From NCBI GenBank assembly GCA_944320495.1, contig CALUHR010000008.1:1-64000 (forward strand): a DNA stretch of 64,000 nucleotides, written 5' to 3'. This document shows positions 1 to 10,838 of this stretch, in pieces; positions within the stretch are counted from its first letter, which is position 1, and every line of letters begins with the position of its first letter. The position numbers and the translations under genes are program-made. Source of the stretch: Candidatus Methanomethylophilaceae archaeon (lineage in GTDB: Archaea; Thermoplasmatota; Thermoplasmata; Methanomassiliicoccales; Methanomethylophilaceae). A model generated the notes under the pieces. It saw nothing but the letters and a program-made list of their open reading frames with translations. It did no database searches and was not told where the DNA came from.

Positions 1-2
1 GA

Positions 3-239
3 GAGATCACCAACTGGAGCCAGGTCGGCGGACCTGACAAGGCCATCGCCGTCTACTCCCGTGAGGATGGATCCGGAACCCGTGACTGCTTCGACTCCAT
101 GATGGAGAACACCATCGATGGATGGACGATTGCCTCTGGAATCGCGACCTACAACTCCACCAACGGAATCATCGGTGCCGTCCAGGGCAACTACGGCTCT
201 ATCGGTTACATCAGCATCGGACAGCTGGTCAACCTTTGA
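3..239 (+). CDS. pstS: Phosphate ABC transporter substrate-binding protein, 3' part (5'-truncated by window)
   Basis: Frame from 3 reads EITNWSQVGGPDKAIAVYSREDGSGTRDCF...GSIGYISIG, the PstS RxxGSGT motif; TGA at 237-239; directly upstream of pstC/A. Confidence 0.9.
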   Translation, partial: EITNWSQVGGPDKAIAVYSREDGSGTRDCFDSMMENTIDGWTIASGIATYNSTNGIIGAVQGNYGSIGYISIGQLVNL

Positions 240-252
240 TCGGTGATATCTA

Positions 253-2247
253 ATGCAAACATATCAGTATGGCCTACAGAGACGCAGCAGAACAGACAGT
301 GATCAGATAATGAAGACCGTCTTGACGGCGGTTGCCTCAGTGGCCATACTGATAGTCTTCCTAATCATTGTCTTCACACTATCCAGCAGCTGGGATGCCA
401 TAGGGGACGTCGGCATACTCGACTTCCTCTTCGGCACCCAGTGGAGCCCCTCTTCCGGCGCTTACGGGGCTGCCGCCATCATCCTGGGAACTCTGCTGGT
501 GACGCTCGGCGCCATAGCCTTCGCCATCCCACTCGGAATCGGTGCGGCTATCTACATCTCTGAAGTGGCCAATCCCAAGGCCCGTAACACTCTGAAGCTG
601 GTCTGCGAGATCTTCGCCGGAATCCCTTCCGTCGTCTACGGATTCTTCGGACTCCTGGTGCTGCTCCCCCTGCTTCAGGATATATTCCAGGACCAACTGG
701 TCTATTCACAGTCCTGGCTGGCAGGATCCATCCTCCTGGGCATCATGGCCCTGCCGACGGTAATATCCGTGGCCGAGGATGCCATTCACTCGGTCCCCCA
801 GTCCTACAGGGAGGCGTCCCTGGCCATGGGAGCCACTAGGTGGGAGACGACCATCAAGGTCATCGTCCCCGCCGCCATCTCCGGAATCACCGCGGCCATC
901 ATCCTCGGAATAGGAAGGGCCATCGGTGAGACAATGGCCGTCATGATGGTCACTGGAAATGCCACCATATTCCCCGACCCCATCTGGAACATATTCTCCC
1001 TGATCAGTACGATCACCGGAATCCTGGCACTAGAGGTCCCCGAGGCCTCCGTCGGCGACCTCCACTACAGCTCGCTGTTCCTGCTGGCCATCGTGCTGAT
1101 GGTCATGGTGCTTGTGATCAACCTCGCCTCACGCATAATCATCAAACGCATGAAGCGCAAGCTAGGCGTAGAGCCACCCCGTCAGGCTATCTTCTTCAAG
1201 ATCGGTCTGATCCCCAGTCAGGGGTCGTTCGGGGACTGGATCTCGGAGCACAAGGGCATCATAACCGCCGCGTTCGTCTACCTGTGCATGCTGGTGTTCG
1301 TCTGGATGATGGCATCCCTGTTCACCGGAGACCTGACGGCGCTTATCGTATCCGTAGTGGTCACGGCTGTGGTCTTCGCCGTCCAGAAGGTCTTCGAGAA
1401 GATCGACTCCACTGTCAAGCAGCAGGTCGCCCATGGCGGTCTGACCGTGATCATGGTGGTCGTCATCCTGATCCTGATCTTCATCATCGGCTACATCCTG
1501 ATGAACGGCCTCTCCGCCATCGACTGGGAGTTCCTAACGGGGGTCCCGACCAACGGAGGGCGTGACGGCGGAATCGGTCCCGCCATCGTGGGTACGCTCG
1601 AGCTCATGGCCGGAACGGCCCTTATCTCCCTTCCGCTCGGAATCTTCACGGGGGTGTACCTTGCCGAGTACGCCAAGGACACCAAGCTCACGAAGCTCAT
1701 CAGAGAGGCAATCGATCTGCTCAACGGTACCCCGTCCATCGTCTTCGGACTGTTCGGACTGGCGTTCTTCGTCAGGGTCCTCGATTTCGGCGTGTCCATG
1801 GTCGCTGGATGGTTCGTCCTTGCGTTCATGATCATGCCTGTCATAATAAGAACCACGGAGGAGGCGCTCACAGCCGTCCCGCATGACCTCAGGGAGGCCT
1901 CCATGGCGATGGGTGCCAGCAAATGGAGGACAATCGTCCGTGTCATTCTGCCCGCTGCAATGGGAGGTGTGATGACCGGTACAATCCTGTCCCTCGGACG
2001 CGCTGCCGGAGAGACCGCTCCGATCATGTTCGTCGCAGCGGTCTCCAGCTCGACTGCCCCTTACGCGGACTCCATATTCGATTCGGTGATGGCACTTCCG
2101 TTCCATCTGTATTACCTGGCCACCCACGTGGTCGGTTCCGATGCGATGCAGTATGGTACCGCGACGGTCCTTCTCGTGATCGTCCTCGGCATGTTCGCCA
2201 TTGCCACCATTATCAGAAATCACTACAACAAGAAAGTCAAATGGTGA
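253..2247 (+). CDS. pstC-pstA: Fused phosphate ABC permease PstC-PstA
   Basis: Two permease domains, each with an EAA loop ([15 protein letters not shown]; [15 protein letters not shown]) and GRAxGET motif, in one 664-aa ORF. Confidence 0.92.
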   Translation: MQTYQYGLQRRSRTDSDQIMKTVLTAVASVAILIVFLIIVFTLSSSWDAIGDVGILDFLFGTQWSPSSGAYGAAAIILGTLLVTLGAIAFAIPLGIGAAIYISEVANPKARNTLKLVCEIFAGIPSVVYGFFGLLVLLPLLQDIFQDQLVYSQSWLAGSILLGIMALPTVISVAEDAIHSVPQSYREASLAMGATRWETTIKVIVPAAISGITAAIILGIGRAIGETMAVMMVTGNATIFPDPIWNIFSLISTITGILALEVPEASVGDLHYSSLFLLAIVLMVMVLVINLASRIIIKRMKRKLGVEPPRQAIFFKIGLIPSQGSFGDWISEHKGIITAAFVYLCMLVFVWMMASLFTGDLTALIVSVVVTAVVFAVQKVFEKIDSTVKQQVAHGGLTVIMVVVILILIFIIGYILMNGLSAIDWEFLTGVPTNGGRDGGIGPAIVGTLELMAGTALISLPLGIFTGVYLAEYAKDTKLTKLIREAIDLLNGTPSIVFGLFGLAFFVRVLDFGVSMVAGWFVLAFMIMPVIIRTTEEALTAVPHDLREASMAMGASKWRTIVRVILPAAMGGVMTGTILSLGRAAGETAPIMFVAAVSSSTAPYADSIFDSVMALPFHLYYLATHVVGSDAMQYGTATVLLVIVLGMFAIATIIRNHYNKKVKW

Positions 2248-2251
2248 TCCT

Positions 2252-3157
2252 TTGAAATTCGGATTATTCAACAAGACCGAAAAGCCCTCCTCGGACCCAC
2301 AGTCCGAGGAGAAGGCCGTTCAGTCCCCCTCGGCTCCGCGTGACAAGAACACGGAGGAGTGGGAGAACAACGGGCAGTTCATATTCGCGGAGATCCCCTC
2401 CGACGACATCGCCATCGACATCAAGGGGATCAATCTCTGGTACGGGGAAAAGCAGGCCCTTTACGATGTGGACCTTCCGGTGAGGAGGAACGCCATCACG
2501 GCCCTGATCGGGCCCTCGGGATGCGGCAAGTCCACCCTGCTCAGGAGCATCAACAGGATGAACGATCTCGTTGACGGATGCAGGATCGAGGGGGAGATGC
2601 TGTTCCATGGGGAGAATCTCTACGATCCAGACGTAGACATAAACTCCCTCCGCACTCGTATCGGCATGATTTTCCAGAAGCCCAACCCGTTCCCCATGAC
2701 CATCAGGGAGAACATCACCTACGGGCCGAAGATCCACGGCATCAAGGACAAGAAGGAGCTCAACGAGATTGTCGAGAGGTGTCTCCAGCAGGCCGCACTC
2801 TACGACGAGGTCGCCGACCGTCTCGACACGTCCGCTCTGGGACTCTCCGGAGGACAGCAGCAGAGGCTGTGCATCGCCCGCGCGCTCTCGGTCAACCCGG
2901 AGGTCATCCTCATGGACGAGCCCACCTCCGCCCTGGACCCCATCGCCACCTCGAAGATCGAGGATCTGGCACTCCAGCTGAAGAAGGAGTACACGGTTGC
3001 AATCGTCACCCACAACATGCAGCAGGCATCCCGTATCGCGGACTATACCGGCTTCATGTATCTGGGCAAGATGATCGAGTTCAGCGAGACGGGCAAGATG
3101 TTCAACAAGCCCATCAAGGCCATGACCGAGAGATACCTGACCGGAAGGTTCGGATGA
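2252..3157 (+). CDS. pstB: Phosphate ABC transporter ATP-binding protein
   Basis: [29 protein letters not shown]; likely TTG start at 2252 after GGTGA (ORF track starts 2201). Confidence 0.95.
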   Translation: MKFGLFNKTEKPSSDPQSEEKAVQSPSAPRDKNTEEWENNGQFIFAEIPSDDIAIDIKGINLWYGEKQALYDVDLPVRRNAITALIGPSGCGKSTLLRSINRMNDLVDGCRIEGEMLFHGENLYDPDVDINSLRTRIGMIFQKPNPFPMTIRENITYGPKIHGIKDKKELNEIVERCLQQAALYDEVADRLDTSALGLSGGQQQRLCIARALSVNPEVILMDEPTSALDPIATSKIEDLALQLKKEYTVAIVTHNMQQASRIADYTGFMYLGKMIEFSETGKMFNKPIKAMTERYLTGRFG

Positions 3158-3161
3158 TAGC

Positions 3162-3809
3162 ATGCAGAGATTCACAGAGGACATAGACTCGCTGGTTGCC
3201 GAGACCTGCGACATGGCGAACCTCGCCGCGGACATGATCGACAAATCGGTCCAGGCGATAGTGGACGAGAACCTGGAGCTGGCCGACGAGGTCATCGACG
3301 ACTTCGACAGGCTCACCAGGTATGATGACGAGATCGAGGAGGCAGCCATCAGGATCCTGACCCTGTACCAGCCGACCGCCGTCGACTCCAGGACCGTCGC
3401 CACGGTCATGAAGTCGATCACGTACCTGGAGAGGATCGGGAAGTACGGGGTGAACATCGCCAAGGCCACCAAGTACCTCAGCGACAAGCCCATGTACGAG
3501 CCGGTCAACATGATCGCCCCCATGGGGGAGACCGCCGTCAGGATGGTCAAGACCGTGATCAACGGGTTCGAGGAGAAGTCCGTCGACGGGTTCGACAAGT
3601 TCCAGGAGATGGACGACTACCTCGACAGGACCATGCGCGATGACCTGAGCAAGCTCGTCGAGTTCATAACCGCGAATCCGGACAGCGCGGACGTCTGCAC
3701 ATACTACATCTCGGTGCTCAAGTACCTCGAGAGGGTCGGTGACCACGCCTGCAAGATGGCCGAGAAGGTCAACTTCATGGTCACCGGCATGCGCGCGCAC
3801 ATCGCGTGA
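3162..3809 (+). CDS. phoU: Phosphate signalling/uptake regulator PhoU
   Basis: Two PhoU repeats (LERIGKYGVNIA; LERVGDHACKMAE), end of pst operon. Confidence 0.93.
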   Translation: MQRFTEDIDSLVAETCDMANLAADMIDKSVQAIVDENLELADEVIDDFDRLTRYDDEIEEAAIRILTLYQPTAVDSRTVATVMKSITYLERIGKYGVNIAKATKYLSDKPMYEPVNMIAPMGETAVRMVKTVINGFEEKSVDGFDKFQEMDDYLDRTMRDDLSKLVEFITANPDSADVCTYYISVLKYLERVGDHACKMAEKVNFMVTGMRAHIA

Positions 3810-3876
3810 CCAAACCATTCAAACGGGGAGGAATCCCCGTCCCATCAATCGTGAAACCATTCACTGGTGATAGTCC

Positions 3877-4173
3877 ATGAGTAGTGGGATAATGATGTTC
3901 GATTGCGAGCAGGTCCGTAAACTGTTCCTGTTCGCGGCCATCGCCGGCGCCGCGCTGGTAATTCTAGATTTCGTACTGTTCGTCGTTCTCGACATCCCGG
4001 TCGCCTACTTCATTCTGGCAGGGGTCGTCCCCGCACTGCTTCTCACCCTCGGCGGTGATGCCTACCGCAAATTCGGGAGGATCCAGATGCCGCTTGCGAC
4101 CAAGAACGAGATGAGGTGCCGCTACACGAAGATTGACGATGTGTGGTACGCGTTCGAGGAGATTGAGGAATGA
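3877..4173 (+). CDS. Small membrane protein, hypothetical (2 TM)
   Basis: Hydrophobic N-half, host-like codon use. Confidence 0.6.
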   Translation: MSSGIMMFDCEQVRKLFLFAAIAGAALVILDFVLFVVLDIPVAYFILAGVVPALLLTLGGDAYRKFGRIQMPLATKNEMRCRYTKIDDVWYAFEEIEE

Positions 4174-4199
4174 AAAAACCGGGGTGGGACCGCCACCCC
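4173..4199 (-). terminator. GC hairpin plus T-tract, intrinsic-terminator-like, between convergent genes
   Basis: GGGGTGG-gaccg-CCACCCC (4181-4199); on the minus strand followed by GGTTTTTT. Confidence 0.55.
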
Positions 4200-4218
4200 T
4201 TAGTTTATGACCTTCAAT

Positions 4219-4794
4219 TCACGAACTGAAGGTGTCCCTGCGGGAGTACACCATGAAGGTGATGATCAGGCCGATGACGGCCAGACCGATCCCCATGGCG
4301 GCGTACACCGAGAAGCTGCAGATCCCCAGGCAGACCACCGAAGAGGCGGCGCAGAGGATGGTCGCGGCCTTCCAGTTCTCGGCCTTCCTGCAGAACACGT
4401 AGCAGAGTATGGCGAGGGCTCCGCTCACCACGAGGCTGGCCATGCTCAGGCTCATCAGGAGAGGGATGCTGTCGCTCCAGGCTGGCATCATCGAGCCCGC
4501 ATCCAAGCCCGACATGTCCGACATCGTCCTGATAAGCTCGTTGTAGGCCTCCTCCGTCATACCAACGGAGCTGACCAGGTCCATCAGCCCCAGCACTATG
4601 GCGAAAATGCCGTAGAACAGTATGACGAACGAGAATCCGGGTCCGGTCTTACGGCGCTGTGACATCCAGATCTCGTTCTCATAGGGGTTCGGGCCGCCGC
4701 CCACCTGAGCTCCGCACTCGGCGCAGTAGATCGCCCCTTCGGGCAGCTCGGCGCCGCATCTCGTGCAGAAACGGTCTCCTTCCATGCTATCCAA
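4219..4794 (-). CDS. Zinc-ribbon-containing membrane protein
   Basis: CxxC-x10-CxxC (CTRC...CAEC) then 4 hydrophobic segments. Confidence 0.8.
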   Translation of the reverse strand: MDSMEGDRFCTRCGAELPEGAIYCAECGAQVGGGPNPYENEIWMSQRRKTGPGFSFVILFYGIFAIVLGLMDLVSSVGMTEEAYNELIRTMSDMSGLDAGSMMPAWSDSIPLLMSLSMASLVVSGALAILCYVFCRKAENWKAATILCAASSVVCLGICSFSVYAAMGIGLAVIGLIITFMVYSRRDTFSS

Positions 4795-4959
4795 TCCCTC
4801 CTACCGCGTATATCATCCTTGCCATCGTTCCGACGTGGCGGCCGTATCTATCAGACGTCCGGTTACAACGTCATCCGTGCCGATGGATCCCGCTTCGGAT
4901 ATGAGGTCCATGAGCGCGTCCCTGACCATCGTCTCGGACGTGCCGTCGACCCGCAGAAG

Positions 4960-5837
4960 ATGGCGACGCTGGGCTGCGCCCAGGCGGACTACTTCGGACT
5001 GGAGTCGGTCAGGGCCGGGTTCTGCCTCACAGAGGAGGCGGAGGCCTTCGGATGCCCGATCGACATGGGTACGGCCACCTCGTCCCCGATGCTGAAGGGA
5101 TGCAGGTACACGTACAACCCGATGAAGAGAATCTACGACGAGCCGGACGACCTCCCGGACATCGACGAGTTCCTCAACACCGGCAGGGTGAGGACGGCCA
5201 TCGAGGCCATGTCCATCATGAAGAGGACCCACGGCGAGGACTATTGCGTCGTGGGAGGGAACACGGGCCCGTTCACGATGACTGGGCATCTTCTCAACAC
5301 CGAGAATCTTGTATACTCGGTATGGACGGAGCCCGAGAGGGCCCAGAAGTGGGTTGGTGCTATCGCCCCCTACTGCAGGGCCTTCGGCCAGGCGCTGCTC
5401 GACGCGGGCGCGGATATCGTCCAGATGTCGGAGCCGTCGGCCTCTACGGACATTCTGGCGCCGACGGACTTCCCGGTGCAGTCCGACCAGTTCGTTTCCA
5501 GGTGCCTCGGATCGCTGAAGGGATACACCATTCTGCACATCTGTGGTGATTCGGCGCCGATCATCCCGTTCATGTTCGATACCGGCGTCACGGGCATCTC
5601 CGTGGAGGAGAAGGTCCCGTCCGAGAAGGCCGTGGAGATAGCAAACCACAGGGGATGCCTCGTTGGAAATGTCGGCTGCGCCTTCCCGCTGTTCAAGGGC
5701 ACGCCGAAGGACGTGGCCGCCTCCGCGGCGAGGAGCGGGATGCCGGATTCGACGTGATCTCGGCAGGATGCGGGGTCCCCATCGGGACGCCCGACGACAA
5801 CATTCTCGCCCTCGTGAAGGAGATCACGGGCTGCTGA
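4960..5837 (+). pseudogene. MtaA/CmuA-family methylcobamide:CoM methyltransferase (uroporphyrinogen decarboxylase fold), frameshifted near 5730 and apparently 5'-damaged
   Basis: DPQKMATL..GLESVRAGFCLTEEAEAFGC, LHICGD, LVGNVG; the conserved C-terminal ISAGCG lies in another frame (5655-5837); first in-frame ATG only at 4960. Confidence 0.65.
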
Positions 5838-5968
5838 TGTAAACCGGGGGCCCAGCGCCCCCACACCTCTCGGACCGCATTCAACCATGAATGCATTGTA
5901 CTTCTAATACAGCACTTGACTTCCAGTCCAATCTATTAGTTCTACCCCCATCCTATGACAAGTGGGTG

Positions 5969-6376
5969 ATGACCGACAGCCGCAGGCCCAAGATGTCCGA
6001 CGAGGAGCTTCTCTTCAGGATACTGAAGGCTATCGAAGCCAGGGGCGGCGTCATAGAGTCGGATCTGTACGATATCGTCGGGACCGCCAGGCGTCTACGT
6101 CCGATACTCGACAGGCTCTGCAGCAGGGGATTCGTCAGCACCACCATGCGTGACCGTGGCCAGAGGGTTCCCGTGTACCATCTGACCGACTACGGCAGGC
6201 TGCTGTTCCACGTGGACGGCTTGCGTCACGAGATCCTCGGCATGAGATCGGACCAATCCGTCGGAGAGATGCTCCTCGAGACCGGGGAGGTCAACAGGAT
6301 CAGGGGCGAGTTCGAGAACGTGAGGCGTCTCATGAGGGTCGTCTTCGACGACGACGGGTCCGAAGACTCCGAGTGA
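5969..6376 (+). CDS. Small winged-helix DNA-binding protein (paralog 1)
   Basis: ESDLYDIV...ILDRL..RGFV..GQRVPVYHLTDYGR, MarR/HxlR-like wing; start at 5969 after GGGTG. Confidence 0.7.
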   Translation: MTDSRRPKMSDEELLFRILKAIEARGGVIESDLYDIVGTARRLRPILDRLCSRGFVSTTMRDRGQRVPVYHLTDYGRLLFHVDGLRHEILGMRSDQSVGEMLLETGEVNRIRGEFENVRRLMRVVFDDDGSEDSE

Positions 6377-6452
6377 GGCACTGGACGGCAAGTCAACCGT
6401 TCCTCAACTTATAGAACAAGTTAGTTCTTGAGAAAGACATTCAGAATCGCCC

Positions 6453-6806
6453 ATGGCGACTAATCGCAGGGCGAACGTTACGGATCTGGAGCTCATGAGA
6501 GGGGTGGTCCATCAGATCTGGAATCAGGGGGAGGTCATGGAGTCGGACCTCTATCATCTGGTCGGGAACAGGGGCCGCATCCCTCCGATCCTCGATTCCA
6601 TGTCCGCACACGGGCTCCTGTCGACGAGGATCCGCGAATCCGGCCAGAGGGTCCCGCTATATTCCTACACGGACAAGGGCAGGCTGTACTGCATGTGCTG
6701 GCTGCTGGCAGAGGACCTCAGGCGGATTGAAGGGGAGGCCGATCTCGACGACGGCGAGTTCACGGAGATTTACGGGATCCTCGGACGGAGGTACGGCTCG
6801 GAACGA
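6453..6806 (+). CDS. Small winged-helix DNA-binding protein (paralog 2), ends at CGA
   Basis: ESDLYHLV...ILDSM..HGLL..GQRVPLYSYTDKGR; first in-frame CGA 6804-6806; ORF track runs on to 6965 through intergenic-looking sequence. Confidence 0.65.
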
Positions 6807-6980
6807 ACGCCCTCAACAAGTGATATATACCGAGAGGGCATCCACCCACTCACGGAGTTCAGAGGTATCTTCGGATGCATCTGCCGTGGGGGGAGTTGCT
6901 CCTCCAGGACACACGGGGGCGATGGTCGGACGTGTGTGATCGCGGTTCCATTCTATGATTTGTGATTGGTTCAGCTAAGC

Positions 6981-6988
6981 TTATATAC
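6981..6988 (+). promoter_or_regulatory. Archaeal TATA box of the rps19e operon
   Basis: TTATATAC in an AT-rich patch about 70 nt before the ATG; SD-like GAGGT before the start. Confidence 0.5.
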
Positions 6989-7055
6989 TAGTCCTTCTAT
7001 CCACGCGCCCGTAGCCGTCCTGCGACTAGATTGCGGGGCGGTGTGAGGTATCGAT

Positions 7056-7484
7056 ATGGTTACCGTCTACGACGTTCCCGCCGAGGCACTCATACTCAAG
7101 ACGGCCCAGAAGCTCAAGGAGAACCCCAACATCGTTCCCCCTGAGTGGGCCGAGTTCGTGAAGACCGGCAGGCATACCGAGAGGGCCCCGTCCCAGGACG
7201 ACTGGTGGTACACTAGGGCTGCCTCCATCATGAGGAAGCTGTACGTCAAGGGACCGATGGGATCCTCCAAGCTCGCAGCCGAGTACGGCGGATTCGCCGA
7301 CAGGGGCTCCATGCCCAACAAGGCAGTCAAGGGAAGCCGCAACATCGCAAGGAAATGCATGATGCAGCTCGAGGCGGCCGGCTACCTGGTCTCCAAGGAC
7401 AAGGAGGGTCGCGCCATCAGCCCCGCGGGGCAGTCTCTTCTGGACAACACCGCGAAAGAGGTCTATGACGAGATGAGGGCCTGA
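7056..7484 (+). CDS. rps19e: 30S ribosomal protein S19e
   Basis: TVYDVPA...PEWAEFVKTG..ER.P..DWWY.RAASI.RKLY. Confidence 0.97.
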   Translation: MVTVYDVPAEALILKTAQKLKENPNIVPPEWAEFVKTGRHTERAPSQDDWWYTRAASIMRKLYVKGPMGSSKLAAEYGGFADRGSMPNKAVKGSRNIARKCMMQLEAAGYLVSKDKEGRAISPAGQSLLDNTAKEVYDEMRA

Positions 7485-7496
7485 GGAGGCATCGGC

Positions 7497-7826
7497 ATGG
7501 AAGACCCCGAACTGGAAGCGATCAGACAGAGAAGGATGGCCGAGATGCAGCAGCAGGCCCAGAACCAGGCCGCTCAGCAGGAGCAGGCCCAGAGGCTCGA
7601 GGCCCAGAAGCAGGGCGTCCTCAGGCAGATCCTGACTTCGGAGGCGCGCGACAGGCTCGCCAACATCAGGCTCGCCAACCCGCAGATGGCGGAATCTGTC
7701 GAGAATCAGCTCATACAGCTTGCCCAGAGCGGCAGACTGAGGGGTGTCATCGATGACGCCATGCTGAAGAACATCCTGGTCCAGGTCTCCCCGCAGCGCA
7801 GGGAGATCACCATAGAGAGGAGATAA
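7497..7826 (+). CDS. PDCD5-like DNA-binding protein
   Basis: [13 protein letters not shown]...[15 protein letters not shown]; conserved position after rps19e. Confidence 0.92.
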   Translation: MEDPELEAIRQRRMAEMQQQAQNQAAQQEQAQRLEAQKQGVLRQILTSEARDRLANIRLANPQMAESVENQLIQLAQSGRLRGVIDDAMLKNILVQVSPQRREITIERR

Positions 7827-7828
7827 TC

Positions 7829-7984
7829 ATGTCTAGCACAAAGGCCCCCGCAATGAAACAGAGGCTGAACAAGAAGGTCAAGCAGAACCGCCGTGTCCCG
7901 GCATGGGTCATGATCAGGACCAACAGGCAGTTCCTCCGCCACCCCAAGAGAAGGTCGTGGCGCATGAGCAAGATCAAGGAGTGA
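7829..7984 (+). CDS. rpl39e: 50S ribosomal protein L39e (absent from ORF track)
   Basis: Manual translation [51 protein letters not shown], 51 aa. Confidence 0.95.
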   Translation: MSSTKAPAMKQRLNKKVKQNRRVPAWVMIRTNRQFLRHPKRRSWRMSKIKE

Positions 7985-7989
7985 TGACG

Positions 7990-8253
7990 ATGGCAGATGA
8001 GATTGAGAGGATCATGGTCATCCCGCTCAGGGCGACCAAGCAGGCTCCCCGTACCAGGAGGGCCAAGCGTGCCGTTAAGGAGGTCAGGGAGACCGTCATG
8101 AGGCACATGAGGACGTCCGAGGAGAACGTCTGGATCGACGCCAGCGTCAACGAGAAGCTGTGGGAGAACGGAATCCGCAACCCTCCCTCCAAGATCACCG
8201 TCAAGGCCGTCAAGTTCGAGGACGGTCTCGTCGAGGTCTCCCTCGCGGAGTGA
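7990..8253 (+). CDS. rpl31e: 50S ribosomal protein L31e
   Basis: ERIMVIPLR...RAKRAVK...IDASVNEKLWENGIRNPPSKITV. Confidence 0.96.
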   Translation: MADEIERIMVIPLRATKQAPRTRRAKRAVKEVRETVMRHMRTSEENVWIDASVNEKLWENGIRNPPSKITVKAVKFEDGLVEVSLAE

Positions 8254-8258
8254 TCCAA

Positions 8259-8918
8259 ATGATGAGGTTCTCGAGTTACGGAGGCAGTCCGAACATAGCC
8301 GTCTTCGCCACGGCGAGCGAGAACCTCGCCTTTACCGCCGCCGACGCCTCCCCCGAGTTCGAGAGGACTCTCGGGGAGGCGCTCGGCGTCGATGTCATCA
8401 AGGTGTTCGTCGCCGGGTCCCACGTGGTCGGATCGCTTATCGCGATGAACTCCAACGGCGCAGTCGTCACCAACATGGCGGACGACGACGAGATGGCCGC
8501 CATCGAGGCGCACATCCCCTGCATGAGGCTGGACGACCAGCTCAACGCGGCCGGGAACAACATCCTGGTCAACGACCACGGGGCGATCGTCAGCCCGGAG
8601 TACTCCGAGGCGACCGCCAGGGCCATCGGGGAGGCGCTCGGCGTCGAGGCCGTTCGCTCCTCCATAGGAGGCATCAACACCGTCGGATCCGCGTGCAGGG
8701 TCACCAACAAGGGGTGCGCCTGCCACATGGACGCCACCGACGAGGAGATCGCGCTGATCAAGGACGTCCTCGGGGTGGAGTGCATACGCACCACCGTCAA
8801 CCACGGCGTCAGGTCCGTCGGAGCCGGCATCATCGCCAACTCCAAGGGTGCCATCGTGGGCGACCAGACCACGCCCATCGAGATGGGGAAGATCGAGGAC
8901 GCGCTCGTCCTCTACTGA
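8259..8918 (+). CDS. eif6: Translation initiation factor aIF-6
   Basis: NIAVFA...GSLIAMNSNG...AAGNNILVNDHGAIV...TTPIE; conserved operon position. Confidence 0.95.
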   Translation: MMRFSSYGGSPNIAVFATASENLAFTAADASPEFERTLGEALGVDVIKVFVAGSHVVGSLIAMNSNGAVVTNMADDDEMAAIEAHIPCMRLDDQLNAAGNNILVNDHGAIVSPEYSEATARAIGEALGVEAVRSSIGGINTVGSACRVTNKGCACHMDATDEEIALIKDVLGVECIRTTVNHGVRSVGAGIIANSKGAIVGDQTTPIEMGKIEDALVLY

Positions 8919-9609
8919 TGCGGAAGGGGCATCTCTCCCCGATGCACTGCGGATTCCCCGCTGAGAAGAGGCATCCCACCGACGAAGGCACGGTCATTCC
9001 CGCATCCAGCGCATCGTCGATGTACTTTGCAGCGGCGATGATGGCGAGATATCCGTCGCGCTTGCAGCATCTGGGTCCGGCGAAGGACCCGATGGCCGCG
9101 AGGCATTCCGAGGTCAGGGTGTTGCATTGGCCCCACGACTCCCCCGACATGGGGGAGGATCCCGTGATTATGCTGAAGGCGATGCCGCAGCTGATTGCCG
9201 CCCCGCATGCCCCCCACAGTCCGCATGCGCCTCCCGGCACCTGCCCACCGCGACGGGACATCTCCCTCAGCGCAGCGGGCAGATCGATGTCGTTGCCTGA
9301 GTTACGGTACGCGGCCAGGATGGAGGATCCGACGAACACGTGGTGCTCTGGTCCATGCATGTGCACCCCAGGCAGGAGCATCAGGTCGGTGAGGATGACG
9401 GACGGATCCAGCGAGGTGGAGGCGAGGCATGAGGCCTCGATCATGGAAAGATCCCCTCTGTGACATCCGTCGCATACGAAGTGCCCCGCCTCGCATTCGG
9501 CGTTGGACATGAACTCTTTATGGCAGATGGAGCAGGTCATCGGACGCTGCCCCTCCAGATATCTGAGCGGTCTTCCGCAGATCATGCATCCCGAGACATA
9601 CTCAACCAT
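8905..9609 (-). CDS. Cys-rich DUF5714-like protein, ends at CGA
   Basis: CMICG, CSIC, C..GHFVCDGC, MHGPEHH, GPRCCKRD, C-terminal C.GERCPF; CGA 8905-8907; ORF track 8830-9672. Confidence 0.75.
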
Positions 9610-9713
9610 GGTCTGGAATGTCGGTCCCGTCTTTAACATGCTGACATCCGACGTACTGCTCCGACAGGGCATTTGTGTGCAGGTTTTTCTATGACGAATG
9701 GAATCCAGAACAC

Positions 9714-10838
9714 ATGGGCAAGACTCTGGTCCTGGTCGTCGACAGGGACGACGACTTCGGTGTCAAGGGAAAGGTCAACACACCCGTCGTCGGTGTGCAG
9801 AACTGCCTCGATGCCGCAACCTCGTTCGGCATCGCCGATCCGGAGGATTCGGACCTCAACGCCCTCTATGCGGCCATAAGCGTCTGCCTCGAGCTCCAGG
9901 AGGACGGCCACGAGGCTGATGTCGCTCTCATCTGCGGCGACGAGAAGGTGGGCCACCGCTCCGACCTGGCACTGGTCGCCCAGCTGTCCGAGGTTCTCGA
10001 GCAGATAGAGCCTGACAGCGTGGTCCTGGTTGGGGACGGCGCCGAGGACGAGTACATCTACCCCATCATTTCGTCCCGCGCTCACGTGGATTCGGTCCGC
10101 AAGGTATACGTCAAGCAGGCCCCGGGACTCGAAGGCACGTTCTACATCATCACCAAGATGCTGTCGGACCCGGACAAGCGCAAGCGCTTCCTGGTCCCGC
10201 TCGGCGTCGTCATCGCCATGCTGGCGGTCTTCTTCCTCCTGCCGAGACTGATCCTCTTCGGCATCGACGGCGACACGAACCAGCTGGCCGCCATGTCGGG
10301 GCCCGCCGCACTGCTGTTCGTGGGTCTGATCCTGATATTCTATGGGTACAACACGATGCAGCGTCTGCAGGACCTGCGGACGGTCATAATGTCGTCGCTG
10401 GTCGGTAGGACGACCTCGATGATCTTCCTGCTGATATCCATCTCCGTGGTTCTGATCATGGCGATCTATTCCATCATGGAGATAGGTGACCTCTATCTGA
10501 GGAACAACTGGCTGCGCGGCATCTATTTCATTTCCGCCATGGTCTGGCCCATGATCATAGCTCTCGAGCTCTACCAGGTCGGCGTCGTCATCGAGAGACT
10601 GATGGCGAAGAAGGAGGTCGGGCTCTCGATCATATTCAGCTGCCTCGGTCTCGCCAGCCTGGGTCTGGTCGTGTTCGGTGTCCTGGACATCATGATGTCC
10701 TACATGGGCATCGGTTACGGGATGAACATCGGCGTAGTCGAGGTCATCGGAGGAATCGCGGTCTCGATAGTCAGCAACTTCCTGAAGGGAAGGGCGAAGG
10801 ATGCCTATGCGGAGGCCGTCCCGGATGAGGTTCTCCGA
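9714..10838 (+). CDS. DUF373-family archaeal membrane protein, ends at CGA
   Basis: LVLVVDRDDD.G.K...DPEDSDLNA...VGDGAEDE; CGA 10836-10838; ORF track to 10949. Confidence 0.85.
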
